Positions 46,265 through 55,601 of a stretch of DNA of 57,653 nt are shown one piece after another; within the stretch, counting starts at the first letter, position 1; each line of letters starts with the position of its first letter. Below the pieces are notes generated by a model that saw nothing but the letters and a program-made list of their open reading frames with translations, searched no databases and was not told the DNA's origin. Both the position numbers and the translations under genes were made by a program. This DNA comes from Terriglobia bacterium (GTDB lineage: Bacteria > Acidobacteriota > Terriglobia > 20CM-2-55-15), in NCBI GenBank assembly GCA_041481485.1, contig JBGPBY010000003.1:1-57653 (forward strand), read 5' to 3'.

Positions 46265-48895
46265 ATGAGTTTTCGAAAGTTTATTCTTTCCGTTTTCAGT
46301 TTCAGTTTTTTGTTGTGTGCGACTCCTAGTCGGGCACAGCTGGGGAATTCCGGTACCATCGAGGGAACCGTAAAGGATCCGTCCGGTTCTGCGGTTGGCA
46401 ATGCAACGGTAGAAATCTCCTACGCGGTCAGCGGATACAACCGCACTGCGGCCACGGGCCCGGATGGCTCATTCCGTTTTACAAACGTTCCCTTCAATTC
46501 CTACCATATGGTGGTGACCGCGACCGGCTTTGCGGCGTTCACCCAAGACGTGGACGTGCGATCCAGCGTTCCGACAACGATTCAGATTGGTCTGAAAATT
46601 GGCGCGGCGACGACGAGCATTACGGTAGAGGCAAATGGCGGGGACTTGGTCGAGAATGAGTCGACTTTTCACACGGATGTGGACCGCGGATTGTTCGACA
46701 AACTTCCATTGGAAAGCGCGTCTTCGTCATTTTCGTCGCTTGTCACTCTGGTGTCTCCGGGCGCCGCCGCGGACTCAAATGGTCTCATTCACGGTCTGGG
46801 CGACCACGCGGAGAATTCCTACTCCGTCGACGGACAGCCGTTCACCGACCAATTCAGCAAGGTTTTTTCGAACCAGCTTCCTACAGACGCGATTCAATCC
46901 ATGGAAATCATCTCAGGCGCACCGCCGGCGGAGTTCGGCGATAAGACCAGTCTCGTTGTCAAAGTGACGACGCGCTCGGGCTTGGGAATCACTACGCCGA
47001 CGGGTAGCGTGACAGGTTCTTATGGGAGTTTTGGCACCGCCAACGTTGGCTTCAATCTCGCTTACGGGGGCCAAAAGTGGGGAAATTTCATCGCACTGAA
47101 CGCTCTGAAAAGTGGACGTTTCCTGGACCCCCCCGAATTCACCGTTCTACACGACAAAGGCAATCTGGAAAACATGTTCGACCGTTTTGACTACAACGCA
47201 TCGAAGGAGGATTCGATCCATGTGAACTTCCAATATTCGCGTTCCTGGTTCCAGACGCCGAACACCTTCGACAATCTCAATGTCCTCGACCCTGACGGCA
47301 ATAACATCGGCAATACCGATCAGCGCTCTAAAATTGGGACGTTCAATATCGCCCCGACCTGGACCAGGCTCATCAGCGCCAACGCAGTGTTTACATTTGG
47401 CGCGTTCGTTCGAAGGGATCAATACAACTACTATCCGAGCAACAATCCTCTGGCAGACTTGGGGCCGATTAATTCGGAAACCATTACGCAAGACCGCAAG
47501 CTGACCAATGCCGGGCTTCGATCCGACATCTCCTACGTAAAAGGCGTTCACAACATCAAAGCGGGCTTTACCTTTGAGCACACGTTTTTAACGGAAAATG
47601 ATAATTTCGGCATCATCGATCCAAACCTGCTTCCATCGACAACGGACGCCCTAGGAAATCCGTGCTTTGATCCGAACACAAATACCGCAACACCCGGCAC
47701 GCCGTGCGCGGTCCTGCTTCCGATCGATTTGACTCGTGCCGGCAGTCTTTTCGCCTTCCGTGGTCACACGGACGTCAAGGAACTTTCACTCTACATTCAG
47801 GACACAATTACCAAGGGAAACTGGTCGTTCAATCTGGGACTCCGGGGTGATCTGTATCGAGGACTGACGTCCACCACCCAGGCGGAGCCACGGCTGGGGA
47901 TCGCTTACAACATAAAGCCGACCAACACAGTTCTGCGGGTGTCTTATGCACGAACCCTGGAGACACCCTTCAACGAAAATCTGATTGTGGCAACCACGGG
48001 TTGCAACGTTGACGTGATTGCCGCGCTCATTCCGTGCGTGCCGGCAAATTCTCCTCCGGGTTTCCGAAATGAGTTTCACGCGGGTTTCCAGCAAGCATTC
48101 GGAAAGTATTTGGTGGTAGATGCCGAATATCTCTGGAAGTACACGCACAACGCCTACGACTTCAGCATTCTGGGGAATACTCCCATCACATTTCCGATCG
48201 TGTGGAACAACTCCAAGATTCCGGGTTATGCCATTCGCGCAAGCGTGCCGAATTTTCACGGCTTCACAGCATTGGTCGTGATGTCCAGCGTAGCGGCTCG
48301 GTATTTCCCGCCGCAGGTGGGCGGCCTGGGAGTCACGGTGGGACAAAGCGGGTCGGTATTCCGGATCGACCACGACGAGAAGTTTAATTCGACCACGCAC
48401 TTGCAGTATCAGCCCTGGAAGCGCGGGCCGTGGGTGGGCTTCAACTGGCGGTATGACAGCGGTCTTGTCGCAGGCGCAGTTCCCGACTTCGCCACTGCAC
48501 TGACGTTCGACGGGGATCAACAGGCGGCGATTGGGCTGTTCTGTGCTGGACCTGGCGGACAGAGGATCCTGGCGACTCTTACGTCTCCTCTCAGCAATGA
48601 TCCCGGGAGCTGCGGCGCCAATCCCACCGGAACGGGCGCCATACGCGTCAAGATTCCAGCCGATGGTACGGAGAACGACGACAAGAACCCTCCGCGTATC
48701 GCACCGCGCAATCTCTTCGATCTTGCCGTTGGCCACGACAATCTGTTTCATGGTGATCGCTTCCGGTGGAGCGCCCGCGTCACCGTGATCAACCTGACCA
48801 ATAAGGAAGCGCTTTACAACTTCCTTTCCACGTTCAGCGGCACGCACTTCGTGAGCCCGCGTGCGGTAACCGGAGAACTCGGCTTCCACTTCTGA
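46265..48895 (+). CDS. TonB-dependent receptor with N-terminal carboxypeptidase-regulatory-like domain
   Basis: Signal peptide, GTIEGTVKDPSG, plug (YSVDG, PAEFG), barrel ending LGFHF. Confidence 0.93.
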   Translation: MSFRKFILSVFSFSFLLCATPSRAQLGNSGTIEGTVKDPSGSAVGNATVEISYAVSGYNRTAATGPDGSFRFTNVPFNSYHMVVTATGFAAFTQDVDVRSSVPTTIQIGLKIGAATTSITVEANGGDLVENESTFHTDVDRGLFDKLPLESASSSFSSLVTLVSPGAAADSNGLIHGLGDHAENSYSVDGQPFTDQFSKVFSNQLPTDAIQSMEIISGAPPAEFGDKTSLVVKVTTRSGLGITTPTGSVTGSYGSFGTANVGFNLAYGGQKWGNFIALNALKSGRFLDPPEFTVLHDKGNLENMFDRFDYNASKEDSIHVNFQYSRSWFQTPNTFDNLNVLDPDGNNIGNTDQRSKIGTFNIAPTWTRLISANAVFTFGAFVRRDQYNYYPSNNPLADLGPINSETITQDRKLTNAGLRSDISYVKGVHNIKAGFTFEHTFLTENDNFGIIDPNLLPSTTDALGNPCFDPNTNTATPGTPCAVLLPIDLTRAGSLFAFRGHTDVKELSLYIQDTITKGNWSFNLGLRGDLYRGLTSTTQAEPRLGIAYNIKPTNTVLRVSYARTLETPFNENLIVATTGCNVDVIAALIPCVPANSPPGFRNEFHAGFQQAFGKYLVVDAEYLWKYTHNAYDFSILGNTPITFPIVWNNSKIPGYAIRASVPNFHGFTALVVMSSVAARYFPPQVGGLGVTVGQSGSVFRIDHDEKFNSTTHLQYQPWKRGPWVGFNWRYDSGLVAGAVPDFATALTFDGDQQAAIGLFCAGPGGQRILATLTSPLSNDPGSCGANPTGTGAIRVKIPADGTENDDKNPPRIAPRNLFDLAVGHDNLFHGDRFRWSARVTVINLTNKEALYNFLSTFSGTHFVSPRAVTGELGFHF

Positions 48896-48914
48896 AGTTG
48901 CCCCCGAAGCAAAG

Positions 48915-48949
48915 GCCCCGCGAGGGTTCGACGGAGGACCTCGCGGGGC
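48915..48949 (+). terminator. GC-rich hairpin after the TonB receptor
   Basis: GCCCCGCGAGG/CCTCGCGGGGC 11-bp stem; no clear U-tract. Confidence 0.5.
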
Positions 48950-49064
48950 ACCCCTAGTTGACAGAGGAGTCCATTAGTGCCGGTTAGGTAAGTCTCGTGG
49001 GTGGTGCATGACGAGGCAAGTGACAGCGTCACGGTTCGACGGAGACCGGTGGAGAGCGGCGGCG

Positions 49065-49451
49065 ATGCGCTCTTTTGTATTGTTCTGCGTGCTCACAGGC
49101 TCTATTTCTTTCCCGCTGTCTTCACAAACTCCCTCAAAGGGCACTCCATCCTCCGGAGGCAGCGGAAACTATCGTTTCCAAGTCGTGGACGGAGAGACGG
49201 ATATCCCAGTCCCAGGCGCACAGGTTTCCCTTCGCTACTTGCAGACGAACGGCACGACCGAGGCAAGAAAAGAAATCGAACTCAATACGAACAAGCAGGG
49301 CATCGCCGAGTTTCCCGTGCTGGAAGCTCACAAGCTGGCGGTCAGTGTCACGGCGAAAGGGTATCGGTCCTATTGGCGCTGGATCCAGGCAAACGCGTCA
49401 GCGGGGATAACCCGCGTCCGGCTTGAGAGATGGGCAAAGAAGCCCACATGA
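49065..49451 (+). CDS. Small exported prealbumin-like fold protein
   Basis: Signal peptide; FQVVDGETDIPVPGAQV...TNKQGIAEF...VTAKGY. Confidence 0.7.
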   Translation: MRSFVLFCVLTGSISFPLSSQTPSKGTPSSGGSGNYRFQVVDGETDIPVPGAQVSLRYLQTNGTTEARKEIELNTNKQGIAEFPVLEAHKLAVSVTAKGYRSYWRWIQANASAGITRVRLERWAKKPT

Positions 49452-50185
49452 ATCGAGAAAAACAGGGCAGCGTCTCTTTCGAGCGGAGCGATCTGAGCGC
49501 TTCGGACTGGCACAAGGATCTTCTGATTTTCTGGCTGTTTCATACCAGCAGCCAGATGCAAGTGTCTCTTAACCGTTGCTTCTTGAAATTTGGGATTACG
49601 TTCCAAGAGACGAACGTCCTTCTCCGCTGTGTGCAGGCCGGAACGATTTCGCCCGGTCGCCTCGCGGCCGTTCTCGGTAAAGACAAAGGGAAGATAACGC
49701 GATATGTTGACCGACTGGAGGCAGGCCGACTCGTGAAGCGAGATGTGCTTCGTCGTGACCGGAGATTCTCCATCATCAAACCTACAAGGAAAGGAAAACA
49801 TCTGGCGCGAGAGCTGAGCGTTTTCTTCGACAACATTCGTAAAGAACTCTTCGCAGGGATTGAGAAACGTGATGCCCGTTGCTTGGAGCAGATGCTTCCG
49901 CAACTCTGCCGGAACGCGGGCCAGATCAAGTTCCGACGGAAAGGCAACAAGCGACGCCGCAGGCGGATTGGAATCCACGAGAGGAAACCGGAAGGCGAGC
50001 AGACAAATCATCTTCGAATCGCCGAGCACATTCTGACGCCTTCTCCCAACGGGCGCCCGGGTGACTCGCTCCCTATGGAAGAGGAAGATCTTGAAAGTCA
50101 GTTGCTCGGGCGCGAGGAACGGAGCAGGGCAAACAAGCCCGCGGGAAAACCTGTGGAAGAATACGAAGGATTGCTCTTGAAATGA
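49448..50185 (+). CDS. MarR-family regulator with C-terminal tail
   Basis: ITRYVDRLEAGRLVKR...DRRFSIIKPT; ATGA overlaps at both ends. Confidence 0.85.
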   Translation: MNREKQGSVSFERSDLSASDWHKDLLIFWLFHTSSQMQVSLNRCFLKFGITFQETNVLLRCVQAGTISPGRLAAVLGKDKGKITRYVDRLEAGRLVKRDVLRRDRRFSIIKPTRKGKHLARELSVFFDNIRKELFAGIEKRDARCLEQMLPQLCRNAGQIKFRRKGNKRRRRRIGIHERKPEGEQTNHLRIAEHILTPSPNGRPGDSLPMEEEDLESQLLGREERSRANKPAGKPVEEYEGLLLK

Positions 50186-51003
50186 AACGCGTGTTTCACG
50201 TCCTTTCGAAAGTATCTGGCACGGTATGGCCAGGGATGATGAGGGACTCTGGCTACGCGGCTCGCCTGATTATCTTTGGTTTTCTGACGGCCACAACGTT
50301 GTTCTTGCCCGCGCCGGCAACTGCTACCAGTGTGGTCGCGCTCATCGATAGCACGAATCACCGCGTGGTGATGGCGGCCGATTGTAGAGTGAACCGGCGA
50401 TTGGCGTCGCTTTCGGAGTGCAAAATCATTGAGGGGCCCGGTTGTACGGTCGCCATTGCAGGCCTTTACCGAGAAAACGCAACTGCATTCGATCTGCGGA
50501 GATTTGTCGCCGCCGCGTGCCAATACCACGGCGACCTGCGGGAGAAGGCGGAAGCGTTCCTGCGATTGTCCAGGAAGTCCTACGAGGCCGCTGTCCGTCA
50601 CATTCGAGAAACCGATCCACGCGAATTCAGCCGGACGATAGAAAACAGACCCACGGAAGTTATCTTTGCGGGGCTTCTGAAAGGGCATGTCACGCTGTTC
50701 GTAAGAGGTTTTGTCTCGGACCCACAAGGGAAGATCACCACGGAACGGTATGAGAGTTCGGATACGCCGAATTCTTCGATCGGCTATTTTGTCGGTCTCA
50801 ATGGTCATATCCGGGAGCGCGTAAAACCCTTTAGTCAATGGGAGCGCCTGGGCTATGCCGAAGCCGCGCGCCGCTTTGTTGAAATGGAGATCAGCGCCAA
50901 CCCCGACTTGGCGGCCCCTCCGATTTCTGAGCTGGAGATTGACGATCACGGAACGGTTCATTGGATCTCGCGGGGCGCGTGTGGCACGCGCGAATCCGAC
51001 TGA
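50182..51003 (+). CDS. Exported Ntn-hydrolase/proteasome-beta-like protein
   Basis: Signal segment ending ATA, then TSVVAL...VVMAADCR, CK, IAG. Confidence 0.55.
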   Translation: MKRVFHVLSKVSGTVWPGMMRDSGYAARLIIFGFLTATTLFLPAPATATSVVALIDSTNHRVVMAADCRVNRRLASLSECKIIEGPGCTVAIAGLYRENATAFDLRRFVAAACQYHGDLREKAEAFLRLSRKSYEAAVRHIRETDPREFSRTIENRPTEVIFAGLLKGHVTLFVRGFVSDPQGKITTERYESSDTPNSSIGYFVGLNGHIRERVKPFSQWERLGYAEAARRFVEMEISANPDLAAPPISELEIDDHGTVHWISRGACGTRESD

Positions 51004-51113
51004 CCAGTTCTTGCGACCTTCATGGGGTTCGACGGTGACCGGTGATATCTCCCGGCAATACGAATAGGCCGCTTCGTCGGGACACGAAGGCCGACGTTCG
51101 GTTCGACAATGCG

Positions 51114-51497
51114 CTAGTGCTGTTGTCGGAACGGATGCAGGGTGTGTTGGCGAAATTCCTTGGGCAGAGGTAGCAATTCGCCCGCGTCCCTGGACCGGCT
51201 GGCCCAATCGACAATGGCCTGATACTGCGTGAACTCCGTAATTTCCCCGAGCCACTGTGTCCCGCTCGCGTTAGAGATGGTGACTACATTGGGAAGGTCA
51301 CACGGCCCCAGGCAGCCACTGATTGTGAGTTGCACCCGTTTCAGCAAGCCTCTGGTGCGCCACTCTTTCTTGAGCCAGTCCACCGGTACGGGAGGTCTGC
51401 CGTTTGCGGTGTTCCCGCAACAGCATCCTTGGCAAACCGCGACGTGACCGATAACGAGTCGCTTCGTTTCCAGGGAGAATTTATTCGTGTCACTCAT
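51114..51497 (-). CDS. Thioredoxin-like (2Fe-2S) ferredoxin domain protein
   Basis: VCQGCCCG and SGCLGPC. Confidence 0.8.
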   Translation of the reverse strand: MSDTNKFSLETKRLVIGHVAVCQGCCCGNTANGRPPVPVDWLKKEWRTRGLLKRVQLTISGCLGPCDLPNVVTISNASGTQWLGEITEFTQYQAIVDWASRSRDAGELLPLPKEFRQHTLHPFRQQH

Positions 51498-51546
51498 ACA
51501 TTTTCACCAGAGGGCTGTGAGGAAACTTTCCGGTCTTCGGCGTCTT

Positions 51547-53517
51547 CTACTTTGGTCCGACCTGCGGCGATTCGGCCAACAAGCCACGCACCAGCTGGTT
51601 GGCCGAAGAGACCGGCGGAAGCAGGCGGGCAGAGTTCAAGATGAAGGTCAGTTCGGAGGAAACGTGGATGAATGCCGCCAGGAGCGGATTGAGAAATCCG
51701 AAAGCGGCCAAGCCGACGCCGATGCTGTCCACGACCAACGTGCCCACGAAGTTCTGCATGATGGTGCGGCGGCAGCGACGCGCGATCATGAGAGTTTCGA
51801 CGAGCTTGGAAAGATCATTGCCGATAAGGACGACGTTTGCACTTTCGCGGGCGACATCCGTGCCAGCACCCATGGCAACGCCGACGGTGGCTTTCATGAG
51901 AGCGGGAGCGTCATTTATGCCGTCACCCACCATCACGACGTTGTGCCGCGCTTTGGTGAGTCGGCCGACGAACCGCAGCTTATCCTCGGGTAGGAGTTCA
52001 GCCGCGATTTCGTCGACGCCCAGCTTTCTGCCAATATCCTCGGCCACAGCCTTGGAATCACCTGTGAGAAGAACTGTCCTCAGTCCCATTGATTTCAGAT
52101 CGCGTATCGCCTTCGTGGCTTCGGGTCGCAGCATGTCTGCAACGATAAGAGTTCCCATGAACTGGCCGTCTTGCGCCACAAAAACCTCGGAATCTGTCTG
52201 CAAGATTGCACCGGCTGGGACTGCGACCCCGTGCGCTCCGAGAAAGAGCCGATTGCCTACGATGGTTTCCACTCCGCATCGAGATGCGACGATTCCTTTC
52301 CCCGGGGTGTAATCGAATTGTTCGGGTTCTTCAGCGGTGACGCCCATGCTGGACGCCTTCTTCAGTATTGCCCTCGCCACGGGATGTTCTGAGCGTGATT
52401 CGGCGGTGGCTGCCGCTTGCAGCAAAACAGCAATCGGAATCCCTTCGACGGGATGCATGTCGACAACTTCGGGGGTGCCGTAGGTCAGAGTTCCCGTCTT
52501 GTCGAGAAGAATCGTGTCAATGGTTGCGAGTGATTCCAGGTAGAGACCGCCCTTGATGATTGAGCCCAGCTGCGCGGAGCGTCCAATGGCACCAAGGATT
52601 GCCAATGGCGTTCCGGCGGCAATGCCGCACGCACCGGCTACGATGACGACGGAAATGGTCGAGCGCACGTTGTGGGTGATGAGAAATGTAAGAGCAGCAG
52701 CTCCTAGAGCGAAGTAAACCAGATAGCCCGCGAGACGGTCTGCAATTCCTTGGATCGGGGCACGCGATTTTTCCGCTCGTTCGACAGCATCAATGATCTT
52801 TCCGAACGTAGTGTCTCGCCCAATGCGGTCAACCTGCACTTCGAGGGCGCCGGATTGATTGATCGTGCCTGCATAGACTGACGTTCCGCTGCTTTTCTCG
52901 GTAGGCATCGATTCGCCCGTGATCGTTGCCTGATCGACGAACGAGTGGCCTCCAACGACCACGCCGTCCACGGGAATTCGTGCTCCAGGCTTGACGAGAA
53001 CGATGTCCCCAACCGAAATTTCGTTCGTCTCGACATCTTGCCACGATTCGTTTCTGCGTACCGTAGCGGTCGTGGGCAGAAGACCGACCAAATGGCGGAT
53101 GGCTGTGCGCCCGCGACTAACCGTCAGTCCTTCCAGGATTTCGGCGGCGAGAACAAACAGGGTTATGACAAGGGCGGTGAAGATTTCACGGATCGCGAGA
53201 GCGGCCACGATGGCGATAGCCATCGAAAGCTCCATCGTCATGCGACGCTGCACGATATTCTCGTACGCTTCGTGGAATATCGGGAAACCGCCCACAAGCG
53301 TACAAATTACGCCGATGCCCGTGACGTACGGATTCCGCGCGCCGCCAAGAAACCAAATGGCCGCGGCCGCCGCCGCGACGAACAACACGCGATTGATCTC
53401 CCGCCAATTCACGGCATGGCCGTGGTCGTCTTCGTGACCAGCGTGCCCTACCGGCACCGGTTCGTGTTTGTCGCGATGCGTTGCAGCCTCGGCTTGTGTT
53501 AACTGTGGTTGGGACAT
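51547..53517 (-). CDS. Heavy-metal P1B-type ATPase
   Basis: His-rich N-terminus, TGES, DKTGTLT, SEHP, GDGINDAP; TM motif GACG instead of CPC. Confidence 0.95.
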   Translation of the reverse strand: MSQPQLTQAEAATHRDKHEPVPVGHAGHEDDHGHAVNWREINRVLFVAAAAAAIWFLGGARNPYVTGIGVICTLVGGFPIFHEAYENIVQRRMTMELSMAIAIVAALAIREIFTALVITLFVLAAEILEGLTVSRGRTAIRHLVGLLPTTATVRRNESWQDVETNEISVGDIVLVKPGARIPVDGVVVGGHSFVDQATITGESMPTEKSSGTSVYAGTINQSGALEVQVDRIGRDTTFGKIIDAVERAEKSRAPIQGIADRLAGYLVYFALGAAALTFLITHNVRSTISVVIVAGACGIAAGTPLAILGAIGRSAQLGSIIKGGLYLESLATIDTILLDKTGTLTYGTPEVVDMHPVEGIPIAVLLQAAATAESRSEHPVARAILKKASSMGVTAEEPEQFDYTPGKGIVASRCGVETIVGNRLFLGAHGVAVPAGAILQTDSEVFVAQDGQFMGTLIVADMLRPEATKAIRDLKSMGLRTVLLTGDSKAVAEDIGRKLGVDEIAAELLPEDKLRFVGRLTKARHNVVMVGDGINDAPALMKATVGVAMGAGTDVARESANVVLIGNDLSKLVETLMIARRCRRTIMQNFVGTLVVDSIGVGLAAFGFLNPLLAAFIHVSSELTFILNSARLLPPVSSANQLVRGLLAESPQVGPK

Positions 53518-53558
53518 GATAGGTTCACCTTTCGAAGCGGTCCCGGCCGTCTCCGTCG

Positions 53559-53837
53559 TTACTTCAAATAAGCTCGACCGGCGGCGCTGAGTTCTTCGGC
53601 CGCCTTTACTTGGGGGGAGTTCCTGCCATTTCCCAGGGCTAGGGCGTGGAATCGAATGTGCCCTTCGACCACTTCCGCCATGAGACCGTTCACTGCTCCG
53701 CGGCAAGCCGCCATAAGCTGTAGCAGTTTGGAACAGCCGTGCTGATCGCTGAGCGCGCGTTCGATGGCTTCGACCTGTCCAGCAATCCGCCCGAGGCGAC
53801 TGAGGAGCTTTTGTTTGTCTTTGGCTGTATGGGCCAT
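53559..53837 (-). CDS. CsoR/RcnR/FrmR-family repressor (second paralog)
   Basis: MAHTAKDKQKLLSRLGRIAGQV...GCSKLLQ...EGHIRFH. Confidence 0.92.
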   Translation of the reverse strand: MAHTAKDKQKLLSRLGRIAGQVEAIERALSDQHGCSKLLQLMAACRGAVNGLMAEVVEGHIRFHALALGNGRNSPQVKAAEELSAAGRAYLK

Positions 53838-53861
53838 CCGGTTCGCTTTCGAATAATAATA

Positions 53862-53882
53862 ATATACTAGGGTATAGTATAT
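53862..53882. promoter_or_regulatory. RcnR/CsoR-type operator
   Basis: ATATACTA-GGGTA-TAGTATAT, containing TACT-N7-AGTA with a G tract. Confidence 0.75.
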
Positions 53883-53960
53883 TAAAAATCAGTGAGCATC
53901 GTCAATTTGATGCAGCAATGACGATTCGAGACCGTTATGTCTAAAGACTCCGGCCGGATC

Positions 53961-54158
53961 TCACGTTGAGCGCAATGGCAATTTGTCGCCAAGCGTTGCC
54001 CGCCCAGCTAGAATATCCCCCGTGACTAGAGAACGCTGGGCTCGGATAGGAATCACGGTTCAATTCCTCATCGTGGTAAGGATACTTGGTGAGTTCTTCC
54101 GGCTCAGGCACGTCCTTGGCACGAGCTTCTCGGCCGCAGTCGCTGCGCCGTATGTTGG
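53961..54158 (+). repeat. ~197-bp direct repeat, copy 2 (truncated paralog of the 29104 gene)
   Basis: Encodes VTRERWARIGITVQF...APYVG, then homology stops abruptly. Confidence 0.92.
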
Positions 54159-54263
54159 CTCAAATAAGCTTGCATCGCCTCCGGCCGCAGCAGCACGGAC
54201 GTGGAATACATTGACAGACGTATCGTTGCCGTCGGCGCCAACGGCTCGGCATCTTTGCGGATC

Positions 54264-55436
54264 TCAAAGCATTTTTCTGAGAGGCGAAGTTCCTTTCATT
54301 GAGATGGATGCGAAGGCACTCAACCCGGTCAAGACCACAAGTATCCATAACGCACTACGGATGGTCGAAAGCTGCGCGACAAACCCGATCAGGGGTGGAC
54401 CCGCCAGGAAACCAATATAGCCAGCCGTCGTGACTACCGCGAGGCTGGGACCGGGTGCACTGCCTTCAATGTTCCCCGTAGCGGCAAACGTATTGGGAAT
54501 AATCGTGGCCAGCCCTGCACCAGCGCACGAAAATCCCACCAAAGCCCAAGCGGCATTGCCGAACAACAAGACGAAGACAAGCCCTGCAGCGGCCAAAAGA
54601 GCCCCGTAACATACCAGATGGGCGCGTCCAAGCTTGCCAGTGAGATAGTCGCCTGCCAGGCGACCTCCGGCCATCGCAGCTGAGAACACCGCATATCCAA
54701 GAGCGGCCAATCCTGGCCCGGTGAGAATCGAAGTACGAAGATAAATCGCGCTCCAATCGGCGATCGCACCTTCAACGAGCATGATTGAAAATGCAAGAAG
54801 AGCGAGCGCGCCTAATGGGACAGACCACGTAAGCGTGCCTCCGGATTCCGCCTTCTCGGCGTCCTCAGATGCAGAAGGAAGTGGAAGCCACCTGAACGCG
54901 AATATGGACATTGCGGTAAGTGCTATTCCGCTGAACCAAAAGTGAGTCCTGGCCAGAACCGCATGTGAGGCAACCCATCCCCCTAACGCAGAGCCGGCCA
55001 TTCCGCCCAAGCTGAAGAGCGCGTGGAATGACGACATAATGTGACGCTGGTATCGCTTCTCCAGCATCACGGCGTGAGTATTCATCGCTACATCCATCGA
55101 GCCACCCATCGCCCCGTAGAAAAGAAGAGCCAGTGACAGCGTTAGGACCGTATTGGATTCGGCAATCAACGGCAGCGTGAAGCAAAACCCCAATGTCGAC
55201 CCAATCGAGATGCTCAGACTTCCGAGCTTGCTAATGAGCCATCCAGCGGCGGGCATCGCGAGAACGGAACCGATTGCCGCCATCATCAACGACCTGCCCA
55301 AAACAGAGGGAGAAAGATGGAGGTGCGCCTGAAAGGCAGGAATCCTCGAAGCCCAGGTGGCGATGATCAGCCCGTGGATCAGAAAGATTAAGGACACGCC
55401 CACTCGTACCTGTTGGAGGTTGCGTTGCTGCATCAA
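54264..55436 (-). CDS. MFS transporter
   Basis: WASRIP, DVAMN, SSFHALFSLG, EGAIADW, GFLAGPPLIG. Confidence 0.93.
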   Translation of the reverse strand: MMQQRNLQQVRVGVSLIFLIHGLIIATWASRIPAFQAHLHLSPSVLGRSLMMAAIGSVLAMPAAGWLISKLGSLSISIGSTLGFCFTLPLIAESNTVLTLSLALLFYGAMGGSMDVAMNTHAVMLEKRYQRHIMSSFHALFSLGGMAGSALGGWVASHAVLARTHFWFSGIALTAMSIFAFRWLPLPSASEDAEKAESGGTLTWSVPLGALALLAFSIMLVEGAIADWSAIYLRTSILTGPGLAALGYAVFSAAMAGGRLAGDYLTGKLGRAHLVCYGALLAAAGLVFVLLFGNAAWALVGFSCAGAGLATIIPNTFAATGNIEGSAPGPSLAVVTTAGYIGFLAGPPLIGFVAQLSTIRSALWILVVLTGLSAFASISMKGTSPLRKML

Positions 55437-55601
55437 TCGGATTCCATTCGATCCGGGCCTCTGACGGTGTTTCTTCGCAGAACTTCTCCTTCACAGCGCC
55501 TCTCGGAGAACACCGAATTTGACGTGCTTGCCTCTGGACGTGCCGTCATTTGCTCGAGCAAATCATCGATCTCATTCGGTGATATCGGGTCGAGCTCTCC
55601 G

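Noticed and set aside
50192-50207. parS-like TGTTTCACGT
   Set aside because: Only a half site; the right arm does not match GAAACA.
29683-51255. Other long shadow ORFs (29683..31104 -, 34528..35979 +, 38165..39697 -, 47786..48889 -, 50098..51255 -)
   Set aside because: They overlap confident genes in another strand or frame; expected from high-GC codon bias.
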